Part shown: positions 60,562 through 64,000 of the stretch, piece after piece
Layout: every line of letters starts with the position of its first letter
How positions within the stretch are numbered: position 1 is the first letter of the stretch
Assembly (NCBI GenBank): GCA_900088475.1
Contig: FLMG01003327.1
Coordinates: 1-64,000 of the forward strand
Source: Hyphochytrium catenoides
Lineage: Eukaryota; Protista; Hyphochytriomycota
Length of the DNA: 64,000 nt
Direction: 5' to 3'
Position numbers and translations under genes: made by a program
The notes under the pieces: generated by a model
What the model was told of the DNA's origin: nothing
What the model saw: the letters and a program-made list of their open reading frames with translations, nothing else
Databases searched by the model: none

Positions 60562-61784
60562 ATGATCATCCCAAAGTGTCCCATAATGACAGCGAAGAGC
60601 TTGAGTTTGATAAGTGCTGGCGCTGCGCCCCGTCTCCTCGGTGCAGCGCGTAACTTATTCAAGGAGTCCGCTGCGATTTTAGCTAGGAAGAAGCACACTC
60701 TAGTTCTTATCCGACATGGTGAAAGTGTTTACAATGATCAGAAGCGATTTACTGGCTGGGACGATGTGCCCTTGAGTCCCAAAGGTAGCGTCACATTTAC
60801 GGAGTCAACTTGCGCCGGGATGAGTTCTCACATTTTACGCTCTTTGCTCTAGGTCATAGAGAGGCAGAAGCTGGGGCCAAAGCCTTGGCAAAACTAAATT
60901 TCAAGTTTGATGTGTGCTACACGTCACTTCTTTCTCGGGCTCAGACTACGCTATGGTATATCTTGCTTGAAACTGGGCAGCTCTCAGTGCCTGTGAAGAC
61001 CTCTTTCAGACTGAATGAGAGGCACTATGGAGCTCTAACTGGGCAAAAGAAGGCGGATGCGGCGAAAGAATACGGTGAAGAGACAGTGCTGCAATGGCGT
61101 CGGGCTTACTCGGTCTGTCCACCTCTAATGGAAGAATCTGACCCAAAATGGAGCGGTAATGACAGCAGGTAGAGCCAGACACTCATTCTTTAATTGTCTC
61201 TTTGGACGTCGTTTCCCATTTTGGGAGCTTTTTGACCCGATCTCTCCTTCAACGATCATTTGGTTCGTAGGTATAGACAGTTGGTGCCCCCAGGAGAATT
61301 CCCCAAAGGAGAATCGCTAGAAATGGCGGGTCGCCGTCTTCTTCCTCTCTGGGTTGAGGAGGTTTCAGAGGACCTAAAAGATGGGAAGACTGTGTTGGTC
61401 TCTGCGCATAACAATATTCTGAGGGCCCTTATCGTGCTCCTAGAGGGAGCTTCACCAGAGGATATTTTCCAGATTAAGTTGCCCACGGCAGTCCCGCTAG
61501 TGTATCATCTTGATGAAGCCCTCTCTCCTCTCAACCAAAAGGATGAAGTCACCGGACTGAGAGCAAGCTTTCTTTGGCCGTCGGATACAAAGGACGTGAA
61601 CCAATTATATGAACCTCGTCACCAGCTGATGTCTGCGGACTTCAACCATAAGGAAGTAGCGTTTGTTCCTTTAAGGACGTGGGCTCCTTGGCAGCCACGG
61701 AGTGCCACAAGGAAGAGTGTTTCCTCCAGAGATCTCTCGACTCAGCTTGGCATCGGCGCCAGTTTTCCCAATAGGGTTTCATAG
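60562..61784 (+). CDS. gpmA: Cofactor-dependent phosphoglycerate mutase with probable mitochondrial presequence; exons 60562-60784, 60853-61168, 61271-61784
   Basis: [65 protein letters not shown]. Confidence 0.95.
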
Positions 61785-62941
61785 CGACTGTCGCAGAGCA
61801 TAGTGGTTCATGGTTCCCGCATCCAGTCCGCTTTACTCCCTTGGGGAACCACCCTCGCTTCAATCTTTCTATCTATTCCAGAAGGCGTGTGCCTCATTAT
61901 TTATCGTACCTATTAGATTGTATGCTTGTAATGTAAAATGAGCATGGACGAAGCATCGCCTTGCGTTCCTTAAGTGTCTGATTGCGTGTCATAATAAGCC
62001 CGACAGCTTTCAAGCTAGATGGCAGCAAAGTTATGTCCTCAGTCGCCTCGAACATAACTTTTGGAGTAGCGGATGGCTTCTAATAAGTCCCCATAGCCTT
62101 TCTATTTACAAAGTGCCCAGAGAAGAAGCTAGATACTGCATACCGCAGGTGAAATGAATGGTGGCTAGGGTGGAGGAGTCACTTCACTACTTCGCAGCGG
62201 AGGAAGCGCAACAGGATACGGTGCGGAATGGTCGTCAGCCAATCGAGTCCCTGATGGGTCGTCACTCCTTCGCTGCGCTGTCGCTGGAGGAGCCCTCACA
62301 GCACCCGATGGCTACGACGTACTGTACATTCTTTGGCGGTTCCTATGCAGCGGCTCCAGCAATGAGCTCACTGGCTCTGGACTTCAAAAACTTCAGGTGC
62401 CAGTCTCGGGATTATCTTTTTGAAACTTCCCGCATCAACGGCTCTTATTAGTCCGTTAGCAGCCCTGAGAGCCAGACCACCATCTCGGTAGCCGGCCGCT
62501 AACGGTTAGCATCTCCCTTGTGTTGTCATAGATTTACTATGGAAAGAGCGACGGAGTTACAAAGGCGACTTTCTGACGTTACTGCACAAATTTCTACCAT
62601 TTTTTGTCAGAATCTAGAATCCATCTGTGTCTTCGGAATTCTGATCTTCAGAATTGAGCTTTCGGTCTTAGTCTGAAAAAGCTTAGAGACAGATCATCGG
62701 ACGTGGAAAGATCCTTTCAGACGTGAAGAATCTTTTATGAAGATGTGCAACGGACATGGCAGTGGTGGTGGGCAGGGGAGTGGTAGTGTCAGGAGTTGAG
62801 GCAAGCCTCGTGTGCTATGATTTGATGCGCCGCTAGCTTCACTTATTGACGGCGTTCACCAAGAAGTATGTCCCAGACGAACAGACGAGATTGAGGGCAG
62901 CCGGATTAAGGTTGAGGAAGAACCGGAAGAGCTGCCCTCAG

Positions 62942-64000
62942 ATGGAAAACGCGTCTCCGCCTCTACTGCCATTTACGAGCTGTGCTGCCATAACATCACC
63001 TCCAGCTATGGAAGCCAAGAAGACGTCGCCACCTCCGGTAGAAAAGCGCGTCAAGAATGGTCAGATCTATTCCTGTTGCACTATCCTTCAGCGTTCCGGC
63101 CACTCACCGAATGACGTAATCTCCTGTAGGCTTCCTAACTTTCAGCACGGATACAGGGGTTGGCGCAAAACAGCTGCAGAATAAGTGTCACACTGTCAGG
63201 GCCAGAGCCAATGCCTTTGCGGAGCGCTTGATCTCTACATTTTTGACGGGAGATAATGAGATTAACAGAGCTGGTGGCGACGGATGGGAACTATGGCAGG
63301 TAGTGAAAATGCGTCTTTTGACCGTTCACATTCCTTCTGCCGAGCACTAGACCTGTATGGGAGCTGGAAATGCGAAGTCCATGTTGTTTGAGACACTGTC
63401 GGTCTTCTCACTGCGCTCTGACTGGCACTTCTTCCGCAACTGACCTATCTTACAGTCCACTTCAGAGCTGGCAGTGTTCAGAAGGAAGCCTAGAGACGTT
63501 GCAAGGGCTCCTCTTGCTCCCAATCTTTATGAGATTGCTTTGGTGCTTGACATAAAAGAGACGGTGGATTCATACTGCGAGAGTCGAGCAACCATACCTT
63601 GCCTACATTCAGATCCCTTTGGCCTGTTGACAGGAAGGGGATCCGCCTGTCTCCTCTCCTGTTACAGCAGGAATGAAGAAACGGGGTTTAATGGCTTCAT
63701 AGGCATAAAGAAAGCATTCATTCCGGAGGTGGAGGTGGCATCAGGTCTCTTCCAACAGCGATCCGTCTCCTATCTTGAGGTAAGCCCTTCCACCCCAACC
63801 GCAGCACTATATCCTAACGTGAAGGCATTGTGTCTTTCTTTTCTGGACTTCGGGATTTCCGTTAACACTTTCTCGGCTCTAGTATGTGGACATTTCTTTG
63901 CACAAGTCTCAGCAGATCGGTGTGCATTTTTTTGAGTCGGTGATAAGGGAGAAGGCCCGTGGCGAAGGGAAGGCTGGTTTGGCTGATTTATATGGCAGTG
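62942..64000 (+). CDS. Partial multi-exon gene, START-like lipid-binding domain, runs off the window
   Basis: Spliced GDGWELWQ|STSELAVFRRKP resembles the START N-terminal GW......V+R+ motif; GT-AG junctions near 63060/63130, 63299/63456 and 63780. Confidence 0.5.

Noticed and set aside
33201-61784. Functional cluster of mitochondrial genes (PPase, EF-P, COQ7-like, PGAM)
   Set aside because: Interspersed with unrelated genes on both strands over 28 kb; no shared pathway or upstream motif seen
62453-62510. Hairpin ccgttagc...gctaacgg as an ncRNA
   Set aside because: 8-bp stem only, with no tRNA, snRNA or snoRNA motifs
1-64000. Alternative genetic code or stop readthrough, suggested by many short ORFs and abundant TAG
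   Set aside because: Stops fall in introns; conserved proteins end at expected positions with TAG (EF-P), TGA (PPase) and TAA (COQ7-like)

Overview
Gene-dense, intron-rich eukaryotic nuclear DNA, with one N-gap at 550-676. Introns are short GT-AG with CTRAC branch points, and conserved genes end normally in TAA, TAG or TGA, so the standard code applies. The organism is probably a stramenopile or related protist (inferred from apparently mitochondrion-targeted phosphoglycerate mutase and EF-P). The ORF track is mostly exon fragments and antisense shadows, so gene models were spliced by hand. Genes, in order: intronless multi-pass membrane ORF (+); an ~18 kb gene (-) for a giant IQ/Sfi1-like/ankyrin/WW/TPR/EF-hand-like scaffold; OST-alpha/TMEM184-like transporter (+); secreted DUF3455 protein (-); family I pyrophosphatase (+); WDR81/GFS12-like BEACH-WD40 protein (+); COPI-associated Tvp15-like protein (+); organellar EF-P (-); KHDC4-like KH protein (+); COQ7-like protein that has lost most iron ligands (-); Zn-finger/RS protein (+); dPGAM (+); partial START-like gene (+). 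Non-genic items: a 551-bp non-autonomous TIR transposon with a 7-bp target-site duplication, a 3x ~97-bp tandem repeat, and decayed regions with a possible CG+CWG C-to-T signature. No CRISPR array, rRNA or tRNA was seen. Best leads: the giant scaffold, the pseudo-COQ7, the TIR element and the mutational signature.
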